Assembly: GCF_006345805.1 (NCBI RefSeq)
Contig: NC_043010.1
Coordinates: 57,412,001 to 57,476,000 of the forward strand
Direction of reading: 5' to 3'
DNA from: Octopus sinensis
Lineage: Eukaryota
Length of the DNA stretch: 64,000 nucleotides
The notes under the pieces were generated by a model. The model was not told where the DNA came from, ran no database searches, and saw nothing but the letters and a program-made list of their open reading frames with translations. Below are positions 1 to 11,830 of the stretch, piece by piece; position 1 is the first letter of the stretch; each line of letters begins with the position of its first letter. The translations under genes were made by a program, and so were the position numbers.

Positions 1-305
1 ATATATATATATATGTATGTATATGCATGTATGCATGTATATATGTGCATATGCATATATATGTGTATGTATGTATGTGTGTATGAATGTATGTGTATGT
101 GTATGTGTGTGTGTGTGTACATATTATATACTTTTATTTTGTTGAGAAATGATTTGCATGGACAAGAGCTGAATATGTATGTATCTATGTATATATATAT
201 GTGTGTGTGTGTGTGTATATATATAAATATTTATATATATATATATATATATATAATGCCTCTCTTTCTCAGAGAGAGAGAGAAGGATTGTGCATATGTG
301 AGTAT

Positions 306-357
<52 letters not shown>

Positions 358-420
358 CTTTGTATGTATTACAGTGTATAGATGTAAGTATATGTACAAA
401 ACATTGGTGTGTGTAAGCAC
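1..420. repeat. Representative compound (TA)/(TG)/(TATG) microsatellite field
   Basis: Similar fields occur throughout, e.g. 13070-13620, 16930-17110, 29150-29850, 32230-32480, 34800-35140, 36500-37800, 48190-48510, 58430-59100 and 61820-62110. Confidence 0.97.
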
Positions 421-2677
421 AAATTTGATTGATTGATTGCAGTCTGTGAATCTCACTGACCATTAGTCCTGGTGTACTCCACAAACCAGTGCTAGTGTAC
501 TCCACTGACCAGTCATAGTGTACTCCACTGGTCAGTCACTGTTGTACTCCACAAAGTACGTGAAATGTGCAATTATCACAAGAAGGGTTTCATATATGAG
601 TCTTGATGTTGCTTCTTATCACCGGAACCTGGTGTGGGGCGTTTGAAATCATAGAGTGCTGTAAAGAAACAGAGAATGGTTGTTATGATGGGTCTTGGAG
701 GCAATACAGAAGAAAAGAATTAGATTCATTTTAAAGACACATATAAGAAGAACACAGAATGTTCAGAAATGATGGTGTTAAGATGCAGCAATAATATTTA
801 CCAATACTAGCATTATTTGAATGTTCTGGAATGATTCAATGTCTCTCATAACTTGTCAAAGTCTTTTCAGATGTGATTGATCTTAGTCCACTTGTATTAA
901 TTATAAACTGATTGATAAATGTTCCTGCAATTACCAGAATTATTATTAATTTAGTCACCAGACCAGTGTAATTTTGTTAGTTTCTCAGCCCGCTTCTGCC
1001 CATCGTTACAGCCATTTGGTATTGTTATGTTGAAAATACAACATGTAAGATAGCATGTGACCTGTTTGGGTGTGGAAGAGCCACAGTGCTATCACTGTAT
1101 CGTTTTGTTAAGCAGGAAAAAGATTAAAGGAGTGCCTGAGGGTATTTTGTTGAAGTAGCTAAAGCTGGAGAGTGAGGTGTCTATGGTGAACAGATTTACT
1201 TTATTATCGTGTCTCCAAATATATTTTGTCAGAGCTTGAGTGGGGCATCTTGATAAAATAGGATGTCATGTTGCCAAAAATGGACCACAAAAGGAACAAT
1301 TGTCCTCTCTAAGAATTAGTGATGTTCAGGGTGAGGGGTTTATCAAGTGACCCTAATCTAGTGGGGCTTTGGTCAATGATATCCCAGTCATAAGTATCCC
1401 ATCTGTTCAGCAGGCTGAGTGTATCTAGGATTACATCATGCTATGTGTTTTCCTTTTTCAGCAGTAGCAAATGGTTTGAGAGAGATATGCCTGTGTCCAG
1501 TGGATCAAGTGGCAACATTGAAACTCTGTTGTTGGTTTAAACATCACTTCGTTAAAGCATTCAACTATGGTTAGTTATACTGGACAAATATAATTGACTC
1601 TAATAGAAATGAATTCTATTGACCACTGGCCAACATATGGTAACTGGATTAATAAAGAAAATCACAACTGATTTGTGATTTCAAGGACACATTCTGCCCA
1701 CTTCCACTCCACACCTTTTCTGCCATTCCATCATGACAGGATCTCTCCATTTTGATCTATACATATTCTTCAATTCCAATGTAACACACACACACAGAGG
1801 CATGGATACAAGCAAACATGTATATAATCTACACACACACACACCACACACACACACACACACACAGAAAAGCAACATGCAGGGGCCTATTGGAGCATTA
1901 TAATTCATCCCTGCCCAACAGAACTAAGATGGCCTACATTAGGAATGAGACTCACAGGATGCATAGGCAAGGAAACAAAAACACTACCACCATACAATCC
2001 AGAAAAGTCCTGATGGAGGCTGGCCATCCATGCTCTTTCACTAAACTGAAGGACATTGCCAGACCACCCAATAAACCCACACATCCAAGGATAATGTTGT
2101 TTTTTGAAACTGCTACATTTTAATGGAAAAAAAGTAATTGCTACAATTTGCCATGCAATCCTTTTGGGGGAGATTGAACACAGGACACGCAGACTCTGAA
2201 TCCATCCTGAAGAGAGTCCTAACAAAAAACAAGTGTAGACTCTGTACACCTCATGTACACTGCACGACTGCATGATCAGAAATAAAAATACATGTATGCA
2301 GTCCTACATGGTGTATAAAACAAACACAATGAATTCTCCATCGGAAATACCATCAGGCAATCACACCTCCATGCTAATGCTTCTTCCATCAAAATACAGC
2401 TATATCACACCCAAGACATCCAAATTTCCATTGAAGCTGCAGAAAGAATCCTTGGGAGTTTGAGGATGAAGAAAATTTGTTATTTTCTTTTTAATTAAGA
2501 AATACACACAACATATTTATAATAACATATCCAAATTTCATGCGGCCAATTGGTTACTATAGCAATGCAAAACAAACCTTTATACACATACAAAACTACA
2601 GGGCAGAGAAGCCAGCTAACAACACTTTTACAACACACACACACACACATGCAAATATATTTTTATGTATGTGTAAA

Positions 2678-2723
<46 letters not shown>

Positions 2724-3548
2724 CATTATTTACTTGTGCATAAATAAATTGATGTAAAAGTGCCCAGAGTTGTATCCCTTTATGTCAAACTGTAACTGGT
2801 GTCTCTCAGGTGTCTCTAAGCCATGGGTTGTGGTTTAAAAATCCTCACAAGATCGTTTGAGCATCTCTTACTCATTAAGGTGGATGAGTCTGTAACACCG
2901 CTGGCCACAATCCACCAGAAAGCACAGCCAAGTGAGGAACGATTTAGAAGATAGAATCCTATTTGGAGTTGCGTCCCTTGCTTATACCAACCCATATCAA
3001 AAAATATGGCCTATTTTACAGCACAGACGTTCAGAATATTTCTGGCATTTGTGCTAAAAATTTACATGGTTTTGCTTTCCTTACTACTTTGCAACACTCT
3101 GGTGCTACATAGAGGAACTATGGAGTTGTGATGTATAAGGAAACATAACATTAACTGTTTCATGTCTTCCTAATTAGTTATACAAACAGTTTAATTATTA
3201 TGGGGATGGTATCATATCTGGTTAAAATTTAGATGGCAATTAAATTTAAGGATTGTTTAAACTTGGATGAAGGGGATTCGTTTCTTAGGATTGTGACATA
3301 ATGAAATTCAAAGGCACAGTTTTCAGCTCACACAACAAAGTTCATAATAATGATTTCTGATCTTGACATGATATAAAGTATTGTGGGAGATGTGATATGA
3401 TTAATTACAGGTGTGTTATAAGTTTGTAATTGACTCAGGTGAAAAGGGAAATTGATCCAGTAACATAGAGGACTACAGCTTTGAGAAAAGTAATGGAATG
3501 CTGGAATGATTCTAAATTCATTATATAACAAGATCACTCAGAGAGCAC

Positions 3549-3898
3549 AAACCTCCACCAAGGCAGCACCAGTGTCCTCTCAATGATTAGACAGAGAGGA
3601 TTTTTAAAATGGGAATATCTGAAATAAACTCGACTCTTCTCACAAACGAGAATGCTAAAAAATGAACCTGATCGCTCTCAAAAATTAAGTTAAAAAAACA
3701 GGAAAAATAATCCCGAATCCTTGTCTGGTATCGGATCTATCCCAAAATCTAATCAGTTCATGACAGTTATGAGGCCAAACATCCCTGAAAGTTTTATCCG
3801 AATCTATCCTTCAGTTCTGGAGATATCTTGTCCATGGACAAACAAACAAACAAACATGACTGAAAACAATACCAACGCCTTCGTTAAGGTGGAGGTAA
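3549..3898 (+). mobile_element. Helentron-associated non-autonomous element (HINE/DINE-1-like)
   Basis: Subterminal inverted repeat ACCTCCACC (3551-3559) / GGTGGAGGT (3888-3896), 3' mini-hairpin CCTT-CGTT-AAGG and an (ACAA)n tract near the 3' end. Confidence 0.6.
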
Positions 3899-3904
3899 TA
3901 ATAG

Positions 3905-4108
3905 TTTCAAATTTTGGCACAAGGCCAGCAAGTCTAGGGGAGGAGACTAGTTGAGTACATTGATCCCCAGTACTCCCCTGGTACTTATCTTATTGACCTC
4001 AAAAAGATGGCAAACAAAATGAGCCTTGGTGGAATTTGAACTCAGAATGAAAAGACAGACGAAATACCACCAAGTATCTTCCTCAGTGTGCTAACAGTTC
4101 TGCCTTAG
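3905..4108 (-). mobile_element. SINE family B, diverged
   Basis: GGTGGAATTTGAACTCAGAATG..TGCTAACAGTTCTGCC on the plus strand. Confidence 0.7.
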
Positions 4109-4130
4109 TAGCAAAAAAAGATTTAAAATC

Positions 4131-4171
<41 letters not shown>

Positions 4172-4753
4172 TAGTGGAGACAGACACAAATGTGGATAGG
4201 GGCACTCTATGGTTAATGTAACTGATTTCTGTATTTGAATGATATTCATTTCAGTGACCCCTGAACTCAACATTTCGTGGCACCAAAGGGATGTCACTAA
4301 ACAACACAAAGTTATTTTCTCTGATTCAGTCAGAGAATATTGCTGATGCTTTCTGAGACTGGCAGAACATCTGGAGAGGAACACTGGGTTCAGCTGATGC
4401 CAGTTAAGGATTCTTGCCAGTTAAGAGAGAAATGCAAAGTAAAACCCCATTGAATTTGAACCCAGAACCAAAAAAGAAAGCTATAACTGGAGAGAGTTCC
4501 AGATATTCTGCCAAGATCTCTTCCATTTCTACCATCCACCCCATCTCCACCCGGGTCCATCTTTACTCATTCTCTGTCTCTATTCTGTCTTTGCCTTCTT
4601 ATACCTGGAGCTATGTCCCAACACATCCTCACCATTATTGCTTTTCTCTCTTTCTACTTGAGCTAATCATCATGCTTCTTCTCCACAGCAGCAAACCACT
4701 GCCTCTCATACTCTGTCACACATGCACAGACAGGCACATGAGTGTGTGTATAT

Positions 4754-4810
<57 letters not shown>

Positions 4811-5065
4811 CAAAATAAGAAGTAGAAGGACAGCCAAGGGTCGTTTTTTTTTTATGTTATGTTACTTATTTTGTTTTCCATTCGTTTCCCTTTTTTATCT
4901 TCGTATTTCATGTTTGTTTATGTTTTTGAGATATCCTGTACAGATATATGCATAGCTATATACATATATACATATCTACGTACACATGTGTGTCTATATA
5001 TGCATATATATATATATAGTTCTATATTTAAGAGATGAAGAATTATGTACATCTTGTTTGTTGTA

Positions 5066-5111
5066 AACACAACGTTTCGGCTGATATATCCTCCAGCCTT
5101 CATCAGGTTTT
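5066..5111 (-). ncRNA. Minimal type-I hammerhead ribozyme motif (PLE type)
   Basis: Minus strand AAAAC-CUGAUGA-A-GGCUG[gaggauauau]CAGCC-GAAA-CG-UU-GUGUU: intact core, ACGU palindrome, one stem-I mismatch. Confidence 0.75.
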
Positions 5112-5583
5112 CTTGGGAAATTTCGAACTTGGGTTCTCATTCCTAAGGTATTCAAAATTAATACAACACTTTGAAAATATCTCCTTCAAATAAAACCACC
5201 AATAGAAGAGAATATGATTAAGAACTGCGTGTACTCCATCCCATGCAGCTGCAGTAGGTTATACAAGGGCGAAACATGCCGTCCCCTCAAAATAATGGTA
5301 GAGGAACATCGCAAAGTTGTGACACAGGGAGATATTGATAAATCGGGTATAGCTGATCATGTATGGAAAAATGGAGACCACCTCCCCACCTGTGGGATGA
5401 AGTTAAATTAATAGACAGAGAACTCCACTGGAAAATATGAAAACTAAAAGAAGCAGCACATATGTTAGGACACAACAACCTCTTAAGCAAAGTGAGTGCA
5501 GATATGAATAGCATATGGGAACCGATATTAAGGAAGGATAGGAGAATATTAGATTTATAAGCCCTAAAATTCACTCAATAATT

Positions 5584-5660
5584 GCATATGGTGTAGTGGT
5601 TAAGAGTACAGGCTACTAACCCCAAGATTCCGAGTTCGATTCTCAGCAGTAACCTGAATA
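5584..5660 (+). promoter_or_regulatory. tRNA-derived Pol III internal promoter (A and B boxes)
   Basis: TGGTGTAGTGG at 5589-5599 and GAGTTCGATTC at 5632-5642, with tRNA-like spacing. No complete cloverleaf, so not called a tRNA. Confidence 0.7.
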
Positions 5661-5722
5661 ACAACAACAACAACATTGAAAAATACCTTAGGAATGGGAA
5701 CCCAGGTTTGCAATTTCCCCAA

Positions 5723-5768
5723 GACACCTGATTAAGGCTGGAGGGTACATCAGCCGAAACGTTGTGTA
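5723..5768 (+). ncRNA. Hammerhead ribozyme motif, core-mutated copy
   Basis: GACAC-CUGAUUA-A-GGCUG[gaggguacau]CAGCC-GAAA-CG-UU-GUGU: G8->U substitution, stem I largely intact. Confidence 0.7.
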
Positions 5769-6680
5769 AACAATAAACTAGATGAGGACAAATATCCGTC
5801 AAATGTAAATAATGTAAATAATAATATATATATGCATAACACAAAAACTAACACAAAAACATGTGTATGTGTGTTTGTGTGTGTGTGTGTGTGTGTATAA
5901 GCGTGCGTATGACACAGACCCCATTCTCTTTGTCCCATTCTTGGTAATATTTTCCCTCCTGAAATTCTCACTTAATTGTTTGGTGTAGAAATGAAATAGA
6001 AACGATTTGTTTCTATTCTAAAACCCTGCGGCTGAGAGGTGTAATCTCCCCATTATTGTGAAGAACCGGCAGGCATCGACGGCCTCCGATCATCGTCCTC
6101 TTCATCAACTCAGCCATCAATTACTCTGAATCACGGCAAATCCGTTGTTTCTGGTCAACGGTGTAAGGGAGGCAACTCATACTCTCCTACACGCTAAAAT
6201 GCTCGAAAGGCCTGGAATGGCAAATCGGGAGATTCTTTGGCAACACCACTGACCACAGAGACGGACACCCAAAGGAGGGAGAAAGTGGGCATCTATGTGG
6301 TTACTCCATCGGCTAGAAATGACAGCAAAATCTCCCTCAAATCGTGGATGATAATATTTTGACGTATTTCTAGTATTTATTCCGTTTGGAAGGGGCTGGG
6401 GGGTTTTCTAATTCTAAAGATGCTTAACTGGGGTCTGTTCGTGCAGTTACTCCGAGTATTTCTTGATTTTTACAAGTTGTTTATTATTGGGAGGAAGAAT
6501 TAATTTGCTTAATTTATTGAAATATCAGTAAATTTGTTGGATTTTCTTTTTGTTAATACCCTAAAACGGAAACAAAAACTGACGAAATGGTCACATTAGG
6601 AGCGTCTATTTGATAAGGGTTCATCTATGGAATCTTTAGTAGTGTTTCCAAAGGAACATTATCCTAAGAGTAAAAGAAAA

Positions 6681-6711
<31 letters not shown>

Positions 6712-7016
6712 ATTAGTCATGCAAGGCCCTATACATGTCTACAAACATATCTGTATTGGATGTGATACACCACCATTTACGCAAAAAATTCTCTCCCTTA
6801 TGCATGCCTCTCTATACATACATACTTATTGACTGGGGTTCATGTATTTTTGTCCTTGTAACTGTGCAGTACAACAAACGAGACTGATGGAATAAGTACC
6901 AGATTTGAAGATAAAACGGGGGTTGATTCATTCAACTAAAATTCTTCAAAGTGATGCTCTAGCATGGCCACAGTCTACTGACCTCAACATGTGAAAGAAG
7001 AAATATATATTATAGA

Positions 7017-7160
7017 CGCAGGTGTGGATGTGAGGTAAGAAGCTTGCTTACAAACCACATGGTTCCAAGTTCAGTCCCACTGTGTGGAACCTTGGGCAAG
7101 TGTCTTCTACTATAGCCTTGTAAGTGAATTTGGTAGATAGAAACTGAAAGAAGCCGGTCG

Positions 7161-7229
<69 letters not shown>

Positions 7230-7440
7230 ATATGTTTGTGTGTCTGTTTTCCCCACCACCATTGCTTGACAACCGATGTTGGTGTGTTTATATCCCCATA
7301 ACTTAGTGGTTTAGTAAAAGAGACTGATAGAATAAGTACTAGGCTTACAAAGAATAAGTCCTAGTGTTGATTTGTTCAACTAAAGGCAGTGCTCCAGCAT
7401 GGCCACAGTCAAATGACAGAAACAAGTAAAAGATTAAAAG
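7017..7440 (+). mobile_element. tRNA-derived SINE family A (CORE-like), full copy with internal (TG)n
   Basis: Head GGTGTGGATGTGAGGTAAGAAGCTTGC..GTTCAGTCCCACTG, core ACCTTGGGCAAGTGTCTTCTACTATAGCC, tail ending GAAACAAGTAAAAGA; recurs many times in the window. Confidence 0.85.
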
Positions 7441-7806
7441 AATAATATATATAGAGAGAGCAAAAGTCTTTATTTCTTGTTGATCTGTGATTCTTTTGCC
7501 ATGTGATGGGTGGCACATTGGGCACCTTTAGAGGCACTTCACAGATCTGTTGGAAGGAATGAACTTCTGCAGAGAGGAGCAAACATTTGACTGCAATAAA
7601 CAGATCTTCTGTACAGCAAGAAGAAGGCCCCACCTGTTGTTTATGACAGGAAAGTCCATGGCATACAATGAACACTTAGAGGCATACCAACACAGCCATT
7701 GCAACCCTCACTCATTAATTCTCATGGTTGTGTCTGCTGTGTTTAATTTTGTATAATATAACTGCATATATAATTTATATGATATATATATATATATATA
7801 CATACA

Positions 7807-8333
7807 TGGGAAGGCATAGCTATTGATCGTAGCAGGTTGAGAAGGATTGTGCATGAGGGGACAGCCACATTTGAGAAATCTCGAGTTGCACATGAGAAAG
7901 TAAGGAGGGATGTCAGGAAGGGCATCGCTATTACACTTCCAGATGGGAAGGGTCTTCCTTTGATGCTGACATGCAATGTCTGTGCAAGACCCTGCCTCAG
8001 TAAAGCTGGACTCATGAGTCATCTTCGTAGTCATAAAACGAGACAGATGAGTGACAACCTGGCCACTGGTGGTGGTGTAACACACCATACTAATCATATC
8101 TGTCGGGCATGTGGAAGAGAGTGTAATTTGGCAGAAGGACTTAAACGACATGCAAAGATACATGAAGTCCAGTTACAACTACAGCCGGCTATTACCAGTA
8201 AAGGTCTTAGTTGCCAATTTTGTACAAGACATTGTAGATCTTTAGCTGGGCTAAAAAGTCACATTTGATCACAGCACCAGTAACAGTTAAGCTTCATGCA
8301 ATGGCCATACTCGATAACGAGGGGGCAGCCATA
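7807..8333 (+). mobile_element. RTE-clade LINE 3' fragment with three C2H2 zinc fingers
   Basis: WEGIAIDRSRLRRIVHEGTATFEKSRVAHEKVRRDVRK (RTE ORF C-terminal motif), then CNVC..HLRSH, CRAC..HAKIH and CQFC..SHI*, then a short 3'UTR ending GGGGCAGCCATATAT. A second copy lies at 59768-60203. Confidence 0.8.
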
Positions 8334-8454
8334 TATAATGTAGTTTTCCTTATGCCACACACTGTTGGCAGTTTTTATATTAATGTCTTCAAGGCTCATG
8401 AATACTTAAGATTATATTTTTGTTGCCTCTTGGAAATTACTACTTCTATAATAT

Positions 8455-8680
8455 CATCATCATCGTCATCATCATCATCATTTTATGTCCCCTTTCTATG
8501 CAAGCATGTTGAATGGTTCAGGAAGATCTAGTGAGATGGGGGCAGGTGACCAAGGACACACCATTTCCCAATGTCAGCCGCATTATCACAATTCAGAGCA
8601 GACTGGGTGCTTTCTTTGCATGGCACCAGCACTAATGGGGTTGCTTTGTAATCTGCAAGGCTAAACAACCCTTGTTATCC
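8455..8680 (-). mobile_element. Diverged RTE 3'UTR / RTE-dependent SINE tail
   Basis: (CAT)n end plus a degenerate match to the tail at 32867-33100. Confidence 0.45.
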
Positions 8681-9229
8681 TCACACACACACACTATCTC
8701 TGAGGTAGCAGGGAAGTTTAGGAGAGGCCTCAAGTCAAACAATCAAATGTGTTTGTCCAAATTACAACTTGGACATTGATTTGGGGACTTTCTAATTAGA
8801 ATGAGTCTATTAGTTCTTGCCTCAAAGTAATTCTGTGGTGAGAGAAAGGGACACACTGCCTCACTGAACATATTTTTAATTGTGTCTCTTTATGTAATGG
8901 AGTGAAATCCCACTCAAGTCTTGTTTGTCTTCACATCTTGCAGGGTAGATTAAAGAAATACCAGGGGTAGATTGAGGTGGATCAGAGAAATCACACCTCA
9001 CCAACACCCCAAAGGGTGTTTCTGGGGTCAGAGTTAAATAAAAAACAATATAGTTGTATTTTGTGTGTTCCTGTTTTTAGAATAGGAACATTTTGATCCC
9101 TCTGTGTTGTCAAGGGTGGCGGAAAGGGCCAGCACGAAGAAGGGTCACCATCTGTAAAACTTTATTGCCATAATTCCTATCCAAATAATGCCAGAATGGA
9201 AAAACATATCAAAATCATAATTGTGATGG

Positions 9230-9261
<32 letters not shown>

Positions 9262-11246
9262 ATCATGAAGAGGGTGGTAGTGATGACTATAATGATGGTG
9301 ATGGTGGTGATGATGATGATGGAAATGGTGGTAGTGGTGATGGTAGTGATGATGGTAGTGGTGGTGGTGGTGTTAATGGCTACCATCAATTTCAGATTCC
9401 TGATAAGTTGTTTTCATCCCAGGATCAATTTTCAAACTGCAAACCATTGATGAAAAGTGTTCTGGCCATGACCATCCTGTCAATTATTTAGCCATAATAT
9501 ATCTTGGTTTGACATTGTCTAATGACTCTGTCCACTTTTAAGACAGAGTGCTATGGCTGCTCTTTCTAGCAGGTTCATTGATCACACAGAAGTTCCAACG
9601 ATAAACGGGAAACACTCGATAAACCAAGATGTTTCAGTCATTTTCTATAGAAAGCCAGCTGATCCACTTAAGGGGGGGGACATCTCCTCCTCTGCTCTCC
9701 TCTTCCTTCCCCCTCCTTCCCTCTCTCCTCTCCATCCTTGCCACTGTCACTCGGCCACCACTACAGCTAGGTTGTCTGTGATAAGCAATTAGCATCAGCT
9801 TCACTTTTCTGAATGGTTGAATAAAAATCAGGAAATTGAATTAAAGCCATCTGAAAGCCCAACAATGTGATGATGGCACTTACAGCTGTGTCTCATAGAA
9901 ATCTCTCATTGATTTGGTGTGTTCGCTTATAAAACACAGTCAAAGAATACAGACAATGCCAAGACACAGCAAGTTCGCTTGAGTTTGTTGTTTGTTTTCG
10001 TTTGGTTGTGGTCTTCAGGACTGCGAAGGAAGACCACACAAGCCTTTCCTATTTTCATGGTTTATTTTGAAGGTTAATCATTTTAAAGTTTAAACAGTCA
10101 ACATGTGTGATTGTGAAATTTATAATTTCATCTGTGTTGGAAGCTTGTCTCAGCCCAGAGCCATCTTAGAACTTTCTGCTAGGATGGCCATGGGTGGGTG
10201 TCTGAGTAATGCTCATTGGATTAGTGTTCAGTTGAGTAGTTTCGAAGGTCAAATGTTTGGAGAAAACCATTTATGAATAAAAAAGGATTTAATAAACTTT
10301 TTAGATCCGTGGGAGACGCTGTTCTGAGTATCGCAGCTGGCAGGGAGACATAATGATTTAGAAAGAGAAAATTTAATACAGAGGAAGCTAATACCATCAA
10401 ATAGCCATTGTTATAAAACTAAGTGGGTCCCAAACTCTTAATGTTAAACATAATGTCAGCTGGTCTTTGTTATTCAAAAGGCTCCCTCCACAGGTGATCA
10501 CAATAAGCAGCGGCTGGTAATTATGTAGAGGAGAGATTAATGTTATCCTCCCTGAATATTTCATACTTTCATGTCTATTAATTCATGTTCGGTTGATTAA
10601 CCTACTAATTACAAATAATCACATGGAGAGGAAAAGACAACATTATCTCAATGACAAACATTACTTGAAACATTTTTTGAAAGCAAGGGAGACAACTTGA
10701 AACATGTTTTCCTTCTTATTACGGTCTACTGAGGAGGTCTTATAGTTGTGATTCTCTCACCACTACTACGACTACTAAGAGGAATTAGTAGCTGTAGTAG
10801 TGATTAAGTTTCAGAAAGTAGCATACTCAAAATAGTGTTTGTTCTTCTGATGAGGTCTAATAATTTTGAAACATAGCTGAAGTTATTGCCCTTGATTGCT
10901 CTATAATTAAAACAATTCATGAAGACTTGTTACTGTCAATAGTGACCCTTGTTACACTCAAACCGTGATTATGGATTGGTTTGTGATAATAAGGGTCTGT
11001 GATAAGTCAAGGATTCTGTTCATACCCCACAAACACACCCCAGTGACCATGTACAATGCTCAGCTACCCAAAATCCATGGACTATTACTTGTGTTTACAC
11101 AACCATACCGTGAGGCAGTGTAGTTTTTCTTTTGTATGCGGATGTACACACTTGCATCCATCAAGATAAGAGAAATGGCCATAAAACATGGAAGCCCCAG
11201 ATCCTGATATATGATGCAGAAGAGTGTAGTCTCTGCAGGAAAAATT

Positions 11247-11322
11247 GGAGATGGTCAAAGATAATCCATGGAGATGGTCAAAGATAATCCATGGAGATGG
11301 TCAAAGATAATCCATGGAGATG
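11247..11322 (+). repeat. Minisatellite, 23-bp unit x3.3
   Basis: GGAGATGGTCAAAGATAATCCAT three times perfectly, plus GGAGATG. Confidence 0.95.
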
Positions 11323-11699
11323 ATTCACCGATCACTGACCAATTTTTCACTGTAGTTGTCTGAGACCAAAGCCTCATGATAAATGATGGAAGATGTTTTA
11401 CTATTTAATCCAATGTTACCATTTCCACATAATAATTCGAAATTAGATTTTTCATGTTGTTCCCATTGAATGTGTTGACACTAATTTAGCAATATTTTTC
11501 TTTTTCATGCAGATAGCGACACTAAGTAATTAATGAGAAGGATTTAAGATGAAATACTGTGTAGAAGGAAATCGGTTGACCAAGGGCAGTAGATGTGGGT
11601 TCAGTAGGATTCGAACACAGGGTGGTTCGTCTCCTGAAGGGAGATCACTTGAAGAATCAGTGAGTAATGAAGTATTGTGATGATGAGAGGGGGGGGGTA

Positions 11700-11830
11700 A
11701 TGAGGTAGGGGAACTGGTGCAGGTCGGTGACAGGAAGAGCATCCAGCTGTAGAAGACCTGCCTCAACAAATTCTGTCTGATCCATGGAATTGTGGAAAAG
11801 GGGATATGATGATGATGATGATGATGTGTG
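11700..11830 (+). mobile_element. RTE-type 3' tail
   Basis: GGTCGGTGACAGGAAGAGCATCCAGCTGTAGAA ... ending (GAT)n. Confidence 0.7.

Larger units (their letters stand above)
5050..5820 (+). mobile_element. Penelope-like element 3' fragment (GIY-YIG endonuclease remnant) with inverted terminal repeat copy
   Basis: ~5154-5560 translates, with one frameshift and stops, to KNCVYSIPCSCSRLYKGETCRPLK..EEHRK..KSGIADHVW..WDEVKLIDRELHWKI*KLKEAAHM. 5050-5152 is the reverse complement of ~5682-5784. Confidence 0.85.

Noticed and set aside
600-1260. Possible decayed GIY-YIG or CR1 coding remnant on the minus strand
   Set aside because: Only vague Cys motifs; no convincing frame by manual translation.
4360-4513. 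16-bp inverted repeat TGGCAGAA(C/T)ATCTGGA
   Set aside because: No TSD and no second copy in the window; cannot be called a MITE.
5584-5660. Functional tRNA gene (also SINE heads such as 57700-57779)
   Set aside because: A and B boxes are present, but there is no complete acceptor stem or cloverleaf, and they are embedded in repeats.
7837-8268. Host C2H2 zinc-finger transcription factor gene
   Set aside because: Begins with an RTE C-terminal motif, lacks TGEKP linkers, and has a dispersed second copy with the same 3' end; treated as a LINE fragment.
10007-10038. 10-bp hairpin TGTGGTCTTC / GAAGACCACA
   Set aside because: Single short stem with no family or functional context; expected occasionally by chance.
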